Below are positions 38,306-52,554 of a DNA stretch of 64,000 nucleotides, piece after piece (positions within the stretch are counted from its first letter, which is position 1; the number at the start of each line of letters is the position of its first letter). The translations under genes were made by a program, and so were the position numbers. The notes under the pieces are model-generated. The model saw only the letters and a program-made list of their open reading frames with translations, was not told the origin of the DNA and ran no database searches. The stretch spans positions 57,019,025-57,083,024 of the forward strand of contig NC_068992.1 in NCBI RefSeq assembly GCF_001194135.2. The letters are read 5' to 3'. The DNA comes from Octopus bimaculoides (Eukaryota).

Positions 38306-39659
38306 TAAATTATATATATTTATGTATGTGCATGTGTGTGTTTGTGTGTGTGAAGTGTCATTAGTGTGCATCTTTTTTTTGAAAGATGGATGACAAATAA
38401 TTACCAATAACAAGAAAAGAAATGTATTTTAAGATCTATAGAATATAATGATGGCGAACATGGGATAAAATATAAAATAAACGAATGAAGAGAGATGAAT
38501 AGAGTTCATGAAAATAGAAAAAATGACTGTAAATCAACATTTCGAATATATGTTTCTCTGGTTGAGGACAACTAAAAGGAGAGATAAGATGTTTGACCTC
38601 CCTTATAAATATGAGACACAGAAGTGAAGAATATTGACTTTAAATAGGAGAGGGAAAAGAATCATTAATATATTTTGGAGGGAGCTTTCATAGATTATAT
38701 TCTGAATTTAATACGTTTTGAGTAACAAGATCGGATTTGATATATTAGGAAAGCTAATGAGGAAAAGTGAACCAACAATCTGCTTGAAGTTCGTTTTTAT
38801 TTGTTATTTTCAAATAAGGGAGGTAATTAACCTCAGATTGTTTTAAGAATTAGATGTTTTTTGGCTTAATTACTGATTGCAAAGTAGATTATAACAAAAC
38901 AAGGCAAAAGAAAATAAAGCTGCCATATAAATTTAAAACTAAAATCTAATTAACTGATGGTAATGAAACACCATCAAAGCTATAGTAAATTCTGTAATTT
39001 AAATAATTGTGTTATTTTGCTAAATTAAACGTCATATCTACGCTAAGGATTCATTGCTCATTAAGAGAATAATTGTATCCGTCTTGTAGTATTACTTCCT
39101 GGAATAGTTTTTATCTCAAAATCTACAACATATTGAGTGCTAATGAGAGAATCTCTAATTGGTAGTTCACTACGTTATAAATGGAAGACAAATATTCTTT
39201 AAATATTTTACTCCTGCTAGTACTGCTCTGTAGTTAAGAAGCTTGAAGCAGATAAAGCTATTTCGCTGTTCCATTGTATGCATGCTGATAGATAATGGTA
39301 AGAAACTCTCACGATAGCTGAACGGCAGGAGGTCTTCAGAAAAGAAACCCCACTCAAACAAGCATTTCGGCTCTTTATTTCTTACAATCTAAGGGATTCG
39401 GACAATATCAGGGTCGTGGCTCTTGGATACATTTCTGCTGACACACTCTAGCCACTTAGATATCGGGGATAAGTGCATTTTATACGCTCTGATATTTCAT
39501 CTGGTTGTAACTTCTCTCCGTTGATTCAGCTTTCAAACTTATATTTAAAGAAAATATAACATTAATTATCATGGAAGAGGTGATAGTCACTTCTATCACA
39601 AGAACTCGCTTTTAGTCATCGCCTTTAGGGTTAAAATACAAGAATATTGCCTTCAAATG

Positions 39660-40222
39660 GTATGGAGGTCGTTCTCATTCCTCTTCGATCAGATCCAGCT
39701 GGAACAACACCACTCCTGACATTGCCTCTCGGGCTCTGGTCCTCTTTCCAGACACTGAGAGTAGTTTCATTAGACCGTAAGCAGATTTGCCCTCAAAATT
39801 TTAACGCCAATTATGGTGAATAACTTGACCCGATGTTGGCTTCCCTCGGGTAGTTGCCTAGGCTGGAGTATTTTCCGGTTTTCAACGTATTTAAACGGCA
39901 AAATGAGTTCAATCCCAAATAGTTGCTTTGATGAACTGGAATGGAGTATGATATCCGGCCGCAAACGACTTTTTCTAATCATTTCTGGTGGGTTTTTTTT
40001 GTTGATCCTGGGAGGACTTATGAACTCTCACAGTCATCTGTACACTCTCTTCCCCAGAAGACTCCATATCTGTGCCCTGCATGACATTGCTGTTCCTGGC
40101 TTATGATTCGCTGCCTCCTGCATTGCAGAGTCTTTCAGGTTTCATTTTTTCCGTATTTATCACATGTGCGATTTCCTTGAACGCCTGATTGTGCCTCCAT
40201 GTGTATCTTCTTTGAACTAGAT
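39660..40222 (-). mobile_element. 3' part of an RLE-type non-LTR retrotransposon (HERO/NeSL-like)
   Basis: QRRYTWRHNQAFKEIA and LRPDIILHSSSSKQLFGIELILP (PD..E restriction-like endonuclease motif); frameshifted; the clade name is from recall. Confidence 0.75.
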
Positions 40223-40230
40223 AGATAGAT

Positions 40231-40299
<69 letters not shown>

Positions 40300-40348
40300 T
40301 AATTATACATACATACATACATACATACATACATACATACACACACAT

Positions 40349-40408
<60 letters not shown>

Positions 40409-40506
40409 GTGTGTATGTGTGTAAATATATATGTTTACATATACATACATATATATATATATATTTATATATAAACACACACAAAAACACACACATACAT
40501 ACATAC

Positions 40507-40571
<65 letters not shown>

Positions 40572-41292
40572 CACATATATATATACACATCCATTAATTA
40601 AATAATTAAAAGATGAATTCTAATTTAGGCGTGGCTTCAATTGAATCATCGTCAGATATTCATTTACATGTTAATTCAACATTTTATGTTATTTCCGAAT
40701 AAAAGAGTTTTTTTTTCAAAATAGCTTTGAATTTTACGAACCATATTACAATGCTTCGTTGACTAATAATTAAATGTTAAAGGAAGTCAACAGAAATAAT
40801 AAAAAATGTTTAATGATATTGTAATAGAATGGATATTCATAATACTTGTCTGTATTGTCAGATTTTTATGTGTTCATAAAGTTATTTAGGAGCGGATATT
40901 AATTTGGTATAATGTTTAATGTGGCACTATTATGCAAGTTGTACAATTATGTTGCTTTTTTTTTCTAATATTCAAGTATATCATTTTTGCAATTTGATTT
41001 ATAAAATGCTAACGAATAAACTGTAAAGAGGATATTAAAGTACTCAACAAGATGAAATAGAAACATAAATGATGGGAATCTAATGGGAAAAAGATGTATT
41101 ACATGTTCGAATTTTGATATTTTGATTAATGGAAATAAATAAATACAGATACCCTAAAAGTGAATGCATGTATCCATACATATATTTATGCGTGTACACA
41201 CATAACATATAAGAATTTATGTATATATATATATATATATCTGTCTATCTATCATCTATGCAATATTTATATTTATATATATATATATATAT

Positions 41293-41358
<66 letters not shown>

Positions 41359-42179
41359 GTATATATACATCAATTGGTTTGGATCATGTCAATAGTGGTT
41401 ATTAGCTGGGTTGCTTCCCGCATGTGATTGACTAGTAAGTTATTCTAGGAGAGAGTTAATAAATTAATTGATGAATAAAAATATTCAGTCATTCCATTAT
41501 AAAATTAAGAACAAATGTTTAAAGATAGCTGGTACTTCACAATTACAATATCGATAGCAGTAGCAGTTACGTACAGTACGTGGTAAATAAATAAATTAAA
41601 AGCTGAGAATTGACATTAGATATTCAATATATGCCACACATTTTCAATAGCGAGGTAGCCGCAGTCCTACGACTAAGGCGAGTAAAACATAAAAGATTGG
41701 ATCCAAGCAAGCAATGGTGAGCGTGGTAAATATGCAAACGTAGTCGGATACGAGTAAAAAAATACATTTTGCTCGGAGAAAGAAAAGCCATTTATGCAGT
41801 AGATTCTAGTAAGGATTTGGGCTAAATAATGATTTATTAGAAAAATGTAAATAATGATATTCAGAGAATTTATTATAGATGATAAACTCTTAAACTACGT
41901 GACATTAATTTACATTCAGCGAATGCAATTTTAAAAATAAATGATAAATTTGAATATGTTTTGACAGATATTAACTAAAAATTGTGCTTGTGACGTTTTA
42001 TGATTGGTAAAGGGCAATCTAATGCAAAATTATAATTTCACTATATATGCCTTCCTCCTATCATTCTAAGTTTGACACTCTGGATAAAATGAAAAAAAAA
42101 TAAACAATATTCCGTCCAAAATTAACGTATTTTAAAAAGTTAAAAAATATCATCAGGATTATAGTTGGGTTGGGAGATA

Positions 42180-42570
42180 TCATTTCACTCAATGCAGTTG
42201 TCCTCATCTTCCACCACGGCCTCAAGACAGCACCGGAATCTGGTACATGCTTTTTAAACTGTGACCCTGGGAAGAACAACTCGGCCTGGGATTTCAATGG
42301 GTCGGGATAAGCAATTAGAAGACACAAATCTCCCACAATCACTTCTGGGATATGGCAAGGGGCCAAATCTTGCTACAACACACGTAGCCATCAAGCAGGG
42401 ACCTTCTCCAGTTAGAGTTTGACTACAGTCTCCAATCCTCTCAGGCAGCCATTTGAACTGAGCCTAAGGCTCTGTTCATCAGTTTCTGGATGAATTCAGA
42501 TATGGGAACAATGTTCACATAGCAGTCATAACGTTGGCATTTTGATACGCAGCCCGAATCCTCATCTTTT
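42180..42570 (-). mobile_element. DD37D/maT-like transposon remnant
   Basis: YVL*QDLAPCHI ... ACTRFRCCLEAVVEDEDNCIE*; same C-terminal pattern as 12340-13030. Confidence 0.75.
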
Positions 42571-42585
42571 TCAATGTTTAGATAG

Positions 42586-42753
42586 CTTCTTAGCGGTATT
42601 TAGTCTGTCTTTACGTTCTGAGATCAAATTCCGCCGAGATCAACTTTGTCTTTCATCCTTTCAGGGTCGATAAATTAAGTACCAGTTGCGTACTGGAGTC
42701 GATCTAATCGACTGGCCCCCTCCCACAAAATTTCCGGTTAGAGTAGAAAAGAC
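42586..42753 (+). mobile_element. SINE family B
   Basis: CTTAGCGGTATT...GATCAAATTCCGCCGAG...GGTCGATAAATTAAGTACCAGTTGCGTACTGGAGTCGATCTAATCGACTGGCCCC. Confidence 0.9.
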
Positions 42754-43629
42754 TTTTTAAACGGCTTTCAATCCTTCGACAAACCGGTTTCACTTCTTCA
42801 ACAAATATTCAATGCATTGTACGTGGGCAATGGCTTGCTACAAGCCATTATACGGGTATTATTTAATTATCAGTAGTTGTAATTATTTACAGTGGAATGT
42901 TTAATAATATATTTTGAAATTATTCGAATATGAAAATGTATTTGGAATGAGTAATATTGAAATGATTTCATTATTCTAAAGTATTCTTTATATATGATAT
43001 GACATGATATTTCAGAATAGGTAATAACATATTTTGAAATAATTTGACTGTGATAATCTGTTTTCGGGACGTATTACTGCATTTTCAAATTTGAATGCTA
43101 TAATGTACTTTGGAATAAATTAATGTAAAGGTTTACATTACGTTTTCTTCATATACATATANNNNNNNNNNNNNNNNNNNNNNNNNNNNNNNNNNNNNNN
43201 NNNNNNNNNNNNNNNNNNNNNNNNNNNNNNNNNNNNNNNNNNNNNNNNNNNNNNNNNNNNNNNNNNNNNNNNNNNNNNNNNNNNNNNNNNNNNNNNNNNN
43301 NNNNNNNNNNNNNNNNNNNNNNNNNNNNNNNNNNNNNNNNNNNNNNNNNNNNNNNNNNNNNNNTATATATATATATGTATATGAAGAAAATGTAATGTAA
43401 ACCTTATATATATATATATATATATATATACACTTATTTCTCATTACTTATTTCCCACCTGGTACTTATTCTAGAGGATTCTTTTTGCAGAAGTGCTAAG
43501 ATACAGGCACGTGAAGAAGCCCACACTAGTTTCCAAGCGGTAGGGTGGAAGAAACACAAAAACAAACACACGTATGTACGCATGTATATATGTACGTATG
43601 TATATATAAATATATATAAATGTACATAC

Positions 43630-43780
43630 GTATAAAGGGATTCTTTGATTTTCTGCCAGTCACGTCCACTCTGTCTCACAGCTTTGGTCGGCACGAGGCT
43701 ATAGTAGAAGACACTTTGCCAAGATGTCACGCAGTAGGACTGAACCTTGTGGTTGGGAAGCAAACTTCTTACCACATAAC
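43630..43780 (-). mobile_element. SINE family A head
   Basis: GCTTTGGTCGG..CGAGGCTATAGTAGAAGACAC...GGACTGAACC..GTGGTTGGGAAGCAAACTTCTTACCAC; an older head copy lies at ~49960-50115. Confidence 0.85.
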
Positions 43781-44740
43781 CGAAGATCTCAATCAGGATT
43801 TCGTTGAAAGATTCATTTTATGTACTAGATCTTTCCTATCCACTAATTATAATTTCTGTTTCAAGATTATGTCATAAGTTATAGATTATAATCTTTGTTT
43901 ACAATTATATTCCAAGTTCTGATGTTTACCAATAGAGATATTGATAGCCGGAAAAGAATAAACATGTGTATTCAAGTTATTAAATTTGTTTATCGTTATA
44001 TTATTTCGTTCCACAGAAAAAAATTATAAAATGCCAAAGTATAACTAGCTTGAAGAAAATCCATTAATTATACATCTCATGTTGTGAGATGTAAGGTTTT
44101 AAACAATCGTATGTCCTCCTTGTTGTCTTGGTGATTCCATCCGTGAATAAATATTGACGTTTATTTTTTGTATGGTATGTATGTTATTTAAGATTTAAAT
44201 TATGAGATCTTCATTGATTTATTGTTAATTTTCCAACTAAATATTTGCTTCAGAATTATATTTCCAAGTGAGACCTGTCACAAAATAATTGAATAAAATT
44301 CTAGAAGGAATATTGGAAACTTAGATGTACTTTCCGAACTTAACGAAAATATAAATAGGCATATATATGACAATAACAAGTCTTGTTTTTTCTAATAGCT
44401 TAAGCAAGTATTTTAGCAGCAAGCCTGGTTATGTGTATCAGAACATCTGTGCAATCAGGTGGTACAACCTCCATCTCATTGCGTGGTATAATCAATATCT
44501 TGTGAGAACAGTTTTGGGGGAATTGTATATACATATATCTTTAAATTTAAAAATGTATATATCTTTAAATTTCAGAAAACCCTCGCATTTATATATGTCA
44601 TTATGTAGTTTTATTTCAAGATTTCATGCTAATAAAGAAAGAGTCGGTTTCTAACCTAGATTCAAAGCGACTTCACTGGAATTTCAACATCAACAACAAG
44701 GTATTTTCGTTTGTATGTATAGAGCAATATCTTAGTGATT

Positions 44741-44821
<81 letters not shown>

Positions 44822-44970
44822 TATATATATATATAATATAGTATAGTATAGAAGTAGACGTAAGAGTACTACTGCTGATTTTAGAAGTCCGCGTATATTT
44901 TCATCTGCCAGTCTGCTTCTAGTCTAGTACTTAGGTTACTACCACACGTAATAATGTTAGTGGCTATAAT

Positions 44971-45190
44971 AAGGCGGAAATCTGGGTGAGTCGTTAGTAC
45001 GGCAAGCATAATATCTAGCGGCATTTCGTCCATCTTTACGTTCTGTGTTCAAGTCCCACCGAGGTTGACCTTGCCATCCATCTTCTGGAACTCGAAAAAA
45101 TAAGTGCCAGTTGAACATTGGGGCTGATATAATAGGCTAGCTTACTTACCCTGAAATTGCCGGAATTGCGCCAAAATGTGGAACGGATAT
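44971..45190 (+). mobile_element. SINE family B, older copy
   Basis: AAGGCGG...GTCGTTAG...CTAGCGGCATTTCGTC...GTTCAAGTCCCACCGAGGTTGACC; another degraded copy lies at ~46150-46310. Confidence 0.8.
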
Positions 45191-45324
45191 TATTGGTTAT
45201 GGTATTACTGGTTAGGAATTATGATGCACAACAGTTTATACAATTTATTCTCTACGAATGTTTCACCGCTGTGGTTGCTTGAAATGGCTGCATCGGATGC
45301 TCTATGTCCTATTGGTCCCACACG

Positions 45325-45434
<110 letters not shown>

Positions 45435-46353
45435 ATGTAACATTCGTAAATTGCCTTAATGAGATATTGCAATTAAATGTCTAATATTTGTAAGAGAATT
45501 ATTGTAGAAGTAGCATCGGAATTGAAGTGTATCGTCGTTCACATCCATCGATTTAAAAACAACTCAATCATACTTATACCACGCCCCATTGCCAAATTTC
45601 AAAATAATCCTACTCACCAATTTTACGTATCGTTGTCCTTTAATTTTATGAATCCAGCGGTTGTTTCCCCTTCCTTTTTTGTCATTGGCCTTATTTATTA
45701 TGATCTAGTTAATTATATTTTGTTGTGTTCTTGCTATATATCCATTTTGATTAATTAATTATTTAAAACGACAAAATAAAGTCGAGTGGGAATCGCTATT
45801 GCTATGATAGATTGTAGTTCACCAAATTTAATGTTCATTAATATTGTTGAATATCTTCTTAAAAATGTAATTTTCGTAAGAGTATGCTAAAATGTTAATT
45901 GATATTTTCAAATGCAGTAAGATGGAACAGAATGAGATCTGTAAGAATCTCGATTAAAGCATTAATTTATTGTAAAGATCAAATTTTAGAGAATTAATTG
46001 CATCAAGTATCATATTCCCTGATCTGAAACAACTTTAAAATATGAAGAAAGGGAATATAATGAAATTAATATCTACATGCTACTGTATGGTGGGGTATAA
46101 CAAAATCAGCAGAATACGCTGCACACGTTACATTGCTGACTTTAGAGACAATATTTTATGTTCTGTGTTCAAATCCTTCTGTGGCCAATTTTGTCTTTGG
46201 CTTTTAATTTTTTTTTTTTTTTTTTGTGGTGATCGATAAAATATAGTACCAGGCATTCACTGACGTGGATCCGGTCATCTGTTTCATTCTCCCAAGAGCT
46301 GTGACTTGATATCTTTATAGCTTCTCAATATTTTAATTTTATCACACTCTAAG

Positions 46354-46462
46354 GGAGCCGAGCCGAATCTAGGACATGACTCCTGCGTGCTCTTTTCCCT
46401 ACATTTTTCAACCATCTGGATATCGGAGACGTGTGTGTTCAAGCCGTATGGAGATTTTGTTC
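46354..46462 (+). CDS. Candidate exon resembling a C-type-lectin C-terminal segment (GAEPNLGHDSCVLFSLHFSTIWISETCVFKPYGDFV)
   Basis: EPN-x5-CV-x9-W-x4-C spacing; donor TTC|gtaaga; acceptor ttttatcacactctaag|. The rest of the domain was not found. Confidence 0.25.
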
Positions 46463-48532
46463 GTAAGATATAGCTGGATCTCGTCTCCATTACGTCTGCT
46501 TTCAAACTTATGTTTAGAAATAACATTAGTAGTTAGTAGTCATAGAAGCAGTAAAATGTCACCAGTGTCAGCGCTGCTGCCAGTATGACCTTAGATTAGT
46601 AACCGAGCAAAGTTTCTGCATTGAATAAATAAACAACACAAATTAATGTTTTCAGTTCCTTTTTTTTTCTTTCATTTGAAAAACAATATCTCTCGCAAAT
46701 TGCACAATGCCGAATGAAAAAAAGAGTAGAGCATTTAAAATTAGTTTTGATTACAACCACTTTGGAAATGGAAAAATATTGGATTTTCAGGGCTTAAACA
46801 TAAAGACAATGAGAGTCTTCTCAGGAATAACCTGGGGTTAAAAAGACAACTGTCACTGCTTCCTTATTTTATCAGCCTTGAAAAGTTAGATTGTACTTAA
46901 TGGGAAATATGACGCAATTTATTTTCCAAAATATTGTCATAGAAGATTATAACGACCAGCGCGAGAAGTTGGGCTTCCTATAAGCCTTCATGAGCTAAAC
47001 GCTTTTCCTTCTTTTTTCTTGAATATGCGCTACTGAAATAGAGGTGCGTCTAATAAGTCTGTACGTATTTTATGTCGTCAAATATAATGCTTTAACGCAT
47101 CTATTGTAAGCAGAACTTATTACGATCGTAAAAAAACCAACTAAGTTCTACGAGAGATTTTATTTTAAAACTACTAGTTTTGCTCCATTTTCGCTACTGT
47201 TTTGCTGTTACTACTTCTGAAAGAAAATTTATGCGACAGTTACAAACAGGATGATATCCGACGAGTGAACAAACAAAGAGGAGCATATATACTCCAGATC
47301 ACTTATTAAAAAATATTATCTCTCCATAACCTATAAGCATAATTAGCATTGACCTGGTTGCTCAACCTGCCAGAAAATGCAATCAATTTCACCCCACCGT
47401 CTTTAAGGAAAAGAAGAGCATATTAGATAATATAGTCCAAACATAAAGCAAGAAATAGGTTTGGAAGGCCATGGCTGGCATGCATTCAGTTATACATATG
47501 TGGATACAGTTGTGAATAATTTAGAGTTGAAGAATAACATGAAATTATTGAATCGTTTTATCCCTTCAATGTTACTGAGTTGCTACTTTTGCTGCAATTT
47601 TTAAAATTATTTGCAGGTGAAATGACCACGTGCAGACATCCATATCGCTTCAGACAGAGAAAGAAAAAGTGTGTGCGTGTGAATGTGTACGTGTATGTNN
47701 NNNNNNNNNNNNNNNNNNNNNNNNNNNNNNNNNNNNNNNNNNNNNNNNNNNNNNNNNNNNNNNNNNNNNNNNNNNNNNNNNNNNNNNNNNNNNNNNNNNN
47801 NNNNNNNNNNNNNNNNNNNNNNNNNNNNNNNNNNNNNNNNNNNNNNNNNNNNNNNNNNNNNNNNNNNNNNNNNNNNNNNNNNNNNNNNNNNNNNNNNNNN
47901 NNNNNNNNNNNNNNNNNNNNNNNNNNNNNNNNNNNNNNNNNNNNNNNNNNNNNNNNNNNNNNNNNNNNNNNNNNNNNNNNNNNNNNNNNNNNNNNNNNNN
48001 NNNNNNNNNNNNNNNNNNNNNNNNNNNNNNNNNNNNNNNNNNNNNNNNNNNNNNNNNNNNNNNNNNNNNNNNNNNNNNNNNNNNNNNNNNNNNNNNNNNN
48101 NNNNNNNNNNNNNNNNNNNNNNNNNNNNNNNNNNNNNNNNNNNNNNNNNNNNNNNNNNNNNNNNNNNNNNNNNNNNNNNNNNNNNNNNNNNNNNNNNNNN
48201 NNNNNNNNNNNNNNNNNNNNNNNNNNNNNNNNNNNNNNNNNNNNNNNNNNNNNNNNNNNNNNNNNNNNNNNNNNNNNNNNNNNNTATATATATATATATA
48301 TACATATGCATGCATATATGAATGTTTATATATATATATATGTATATATATGCATCTGTGTGTGCGCGCACTAAGGTATGTATATGTATTTTTACCTCGG
48401 CATTTATTGATTTTTGTAATAATATTTCTTAATAGAGATGAAATTTAATAGAAATCTATAAAACAATATAGCATACAAGTAACGTCTTATATATGTAGAA
48501 TACTGCATATTTGCCCTGGAAATATGGCTTAC

Positions 48533-48573
48533 TGCTTTGTAATGGAAGCCAAAAATTCATTCATATCTCTAAC
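48533..48573 (-). CDS. Candidate 41-nt exon (VRDMNEFLASITK)
   Basis: Acceptor aattatttctgacag|, donor |gtaagc; phase-0 start fits the 50190 donor. Confidence 0.2.
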
Positions 48574-49156
48574 CTGTCAGAAATAATTTCTCTGCGGACA
48601 GGTGATTTGTAAACTCTAGTCGCAATGAATTATATGCGCTCTTAACTCAAACTAAATAGTGAATTTCTTGAGCGTAGCTAAATGACAATTTTACACAACT
48701 TACTACTAGTACCGGACACCATCAATAAAAGGTTATAAATCATATGAAGAAACTATGTAACTTTCTGAGCAAATGCTATCAATAAATTCTTCAAAATATC
48801 GAGAACGTAATGAAATGGTTTTCACTAAGACGAGGCTGAATGCTATTGTGTAACGAACGAGACCAACAAGGAACTACGCAATAAAACTGGAAGATTTTCA
48901 TACGTTTTTCTTTTAGTCTATTCTCTATATGTATCTCTCTCTCACACACACTCTCTCTTTCTCTCTAATAAATAATGTTCTTTAGAAAAAGTCAATATTA
49001 ATGAAGTCAACAAGTTACAGAGAAGTAAAGAAAAAAAAACTACTCTGTGTGAAATTGGTAAATACTATGTTTGATGCCGTCTCTTTCGCTCACTGTATGT
49101 ATATAGGTATGCATGTATACATACATACATAAATACATAAATACACACACACACAT

Positions 49157-49219
<63 letters not shown>

Positions 49220-50189
49220 TATACACATATATATATTTATATCTATACTTATGTGTGTATATGTGTATATATATATGTATATATACATAAACATATATAC
49301 ATACATATATATNNNNNNNNNNNNNNNNNNNNNNNNNNNNNNNNNNNNNNNNNNNNNNNNNNNNNNNNNNNNNNNNNNNNNNNNNNNNNNNNNNNNNNNN
49401 NNNNNNNNNNNNNNNNNNNNNNNNNNNNNNNNNNNNNNNNNNNNNNNNNNNNNNNNNNNNNNNNNNNNNNNNNNNNNNNNNNNNNNNNNNNNNNNNNNNN
49501 NNNNNNNNNNNNNNNNNNNNNNNNNNNNNNNNNNNNNNNNNNNNNNNNNNNNNNNNNNNNNNNNNNNNNNNNNNNNNNNNNNNNNNNNNNNNNNNNNNNN
49601 NNNNNNNNNNNNNNNNNNNNNNNNNNNNNNNNNNNNNNNNNNNNNNNNNNNNNNNNNNNNNNNNNNNNNNNNNGTTAACAGGTTTGGTTTGCAGAATTTG
49701 CGTCAATTCCTATTGCACTTTCTTCCAAGAACCAAGTATTTGAATTTATAGTAAGAGTAAAAAGAGCCTAAGTTCCACAGTAATTCAACATAGATGTTTT
49801 TTTCCCTGTGTATTGATGGTACATTCACATCCGTTGTATGTATGTATGTATGTATGTATGTGTGTATGTATGTATGTACAGATGGATGGATGGATGGATG
49901 AATGCATGTATGTATATATGTATGTATGGCTTATGTATGTATGTATTATGTACGTATGTATGATGGACTTCATCACAATTTTCATCTACCAATTTCGCCC
50001 ACGTGACATTTCCCTCCCTGGAGTTATAGCACTTGGCTAAAGAGCTGCAAAGTAGGATTGAACACAAAGCTATATGGCTGTAAAGTGAGCTTTTAACTAC
50101 ATAGACATACCTGCGTCTGTTCAGAAAAATAAAAGTAAGATAATATGCGGAGGTTTGACGACTGCTGATCATACATATACTATATTTAC

Positions 50190-50285
50190 ATTAACGACTT
50201 GGAAATAAAGTAAAGCAATTAGAACAACAAGAACTACAATTCCGGCACAAATAATTTCTATAATTTGGTACATAATCCAAACCAT
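50190..50285 (-). CDS. Candidate first coding exon with a signal peptide or signal anchor (MVWIMYQIIEIICAGIVVLVVLIALLYFQVVN)
   Basis: ATG followed by an uninterrupted hydrophobic run; donor AAT|gtaaat; upstream acceptor tttttctgcttgacaag| at 50326. T-rich DNA gives hydrophobic peptides by chance. Confidence 0.3.
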
Positions 50286-51029
50286 TGATACGGAATGTGA
50301 GGAACATAATTGAGATTTTCTGAATCTTGTCAAGCAGAAAAATTTGTAACATACGTTAGGAGACTTCACTTACTGAATGCATATTTCGATAGATTTCTAG
50401 TGAGAAAATAATCGGAAGTGTTTGTCTCTTAGTCTGAAAGATTTATAGCAGCTGTCGATAATATGTTTAAAGTGTTCGTCTTGTTTGCTTTCATGCTAGG
50501 AAGATATAAAGCTGTTAAAATATTCTATAATTCCTAATATGATTATAGGAATATGATTTCAATCGGAAATCACTTCAAGAGATAACTTAAGTATACATAC
50601 ATACATACACATACACAAAATGTTTTGTAGAGAGAGTTTAAAGTAGACTGCTAATTACACAAAATATTAATCACTTAAATTATAAATTAAATAATTGTGA
50701 TTAATATTTCATATGGTATTTCTATAAACGAATATATAATCAATGAATAAATATTATATCAGAGTGTTTAATTAAACGTACTTAATTAGGAAAACGAGGA
50801 ATAATTATTCAGTTAACTAACCGTGCACAAGCACATACACGAACTCCACAGCACACATTTATAAATGTATATATGTTCTCTTCTATTGTTCATTGTTTGA
50901 AATCTTCCTGTTCTGTAGGAACTTGTTTCTTACAAAGATACAAAGCTCTTTCATTGGAATGTTGATAAAAGCAAATTCACATTTTAAACTTGAGAAAGTC
51001 ATGTGTATTTTTACTGTTCCTCTTGCAGA

Positions 51030-52318
51030 TTATATTTGTAATGTTCTTATTTGATTTCTTCTGAAAATCCTACCTTATCAAGATCGTGACTTAAGCATAT
51101 GTATGTATGTATGTATGTATGTATATATGTATGTGTGCATGTATATATGTATGTATGGATGTACGTACGCCTGTATTCGGTTTTATTTCAAGATTTCTTG
51201 CTAATAGATAAAGGGCCAGTTTCTGTAGAAGATTCCAGATGATGTCAGGATCTTTCGGGGTTCGTTATGTCTGTAGAGTAGATTTCTTTTAAAGACTTGG
51301 CATGAATCTCAAATGTTAGTATCTCAAATATTTAGTATCAGCACTTTATCGCAAATGCATTTTTGAATATTGTTTTGTAAGAGTTGAGCTCCGTCTTCCA
51401 TATTTCTCAGTCTCATGTAATATACTCAGGTCACTCTATCTATATTCACAGTACCTTCGTATTATATACCTTCATCAATGTCTAGATATTTGTAGCATTC
51501 TTTATGTAAAACAGAAGGAATAAAGAAACGGTGGCTACAACAGTTGAGGTTCTGTGGAAATGATTTTCCAATTCAACCATCAAATTCGAACATTTCTTTC
51601 CTGGCAAATTCCATTCCTGTCAAACGAAAATATTATCAACGTCAGCTGTTTTGGGATTGTAAATATTTTTAGCATAGCTCTTAGGTTATCTTCATAGAAA
51701 TCGTTGGCTACATTGGTATCTCTTGCATTTGCAAATTCTAGCATATAGCGATAGATATTTGTGACAGAAACAAAAGCGGATTTAATGCCAAAATAAACAA
51801 AGTTATCAAAAGGTGTCTTCCTGGAATATATCTTTTGAAATATCTTTATCATCGGAGACTACTATTCCGTTTTCAACTGTGTGAGGATTGTTGCCCATTT
51901 ATTTGTGGAACTTTCAAAGATAACAACAAAGGTAGTAAGTACTTTTACCAAGTACAGAAAGATCAGCAACCTTGGGTGGAGAATGGAATCAAACGAGTTA
52001 TATTTGTAATGTTCTTATTTGATTTCTTCTGAAAATCCTACCTTATCAAGATCGTGACTTAAGCATATGTATGTATGTATGTATGTATGTACGTACGCCT
52101 GTATTCGGTTTTATTTCAAGATTTCTTGCTAATAGATAAAGGGCCAGTTTCTGTAGAAGATTCCAGATGATGTCAGGATCTTTCGGGGTTCTTTATGTCT
52201 ATAGAGTAGATTTCTTTTAAAGACTTGGCATGAATCTCAAATGTTAGTATCTCAAATGTTTAGTATCAGCACTTTATCGCAAATGCATTTTTGAATATTG
52301 TTTTGTAAGAGTTGAGCT
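51030..52318 (+). repeat. Near-identical direct duplication: 51030-51390 and 51998-52318
   Basis: The copies differ by 3 substitutions seen by eye and a 40-bp shorter (TATG)n tract. Confidence 0.95.
51190..51990 (-). mobile_element. Degraded R4/Dong-like LINE RT region
   Basis: DIFQEDTF..ALNPL (cf. GIFQGDSLSPLLF.LALNPL), FYEDNL..YAKN (cf. YMDDLKLYAKN), GMEF, CYKYL, ELNSY. Confidence 0.7.
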
Positions 52319-52554
52319 TACACTGTCACTAAACATCTGAGGCGTTTCCTTACTTCGAACAGTACCAAAAGCTCTTCAATTTAACCCCACACTTCCTTCT
52401 TTTTACCTTCTTGTTCATCATTCATTGCGTTGTTGGATATTTTAGGTTTCTTGGTGGATCTTAGAGGAATAGGTTGAGACAGCTTGTGTATTTACATGTT
52501 TGGGCAAGCAACGTACCGATAATTTTCTGATGACTTGGCATTTTCAATCTTGGC

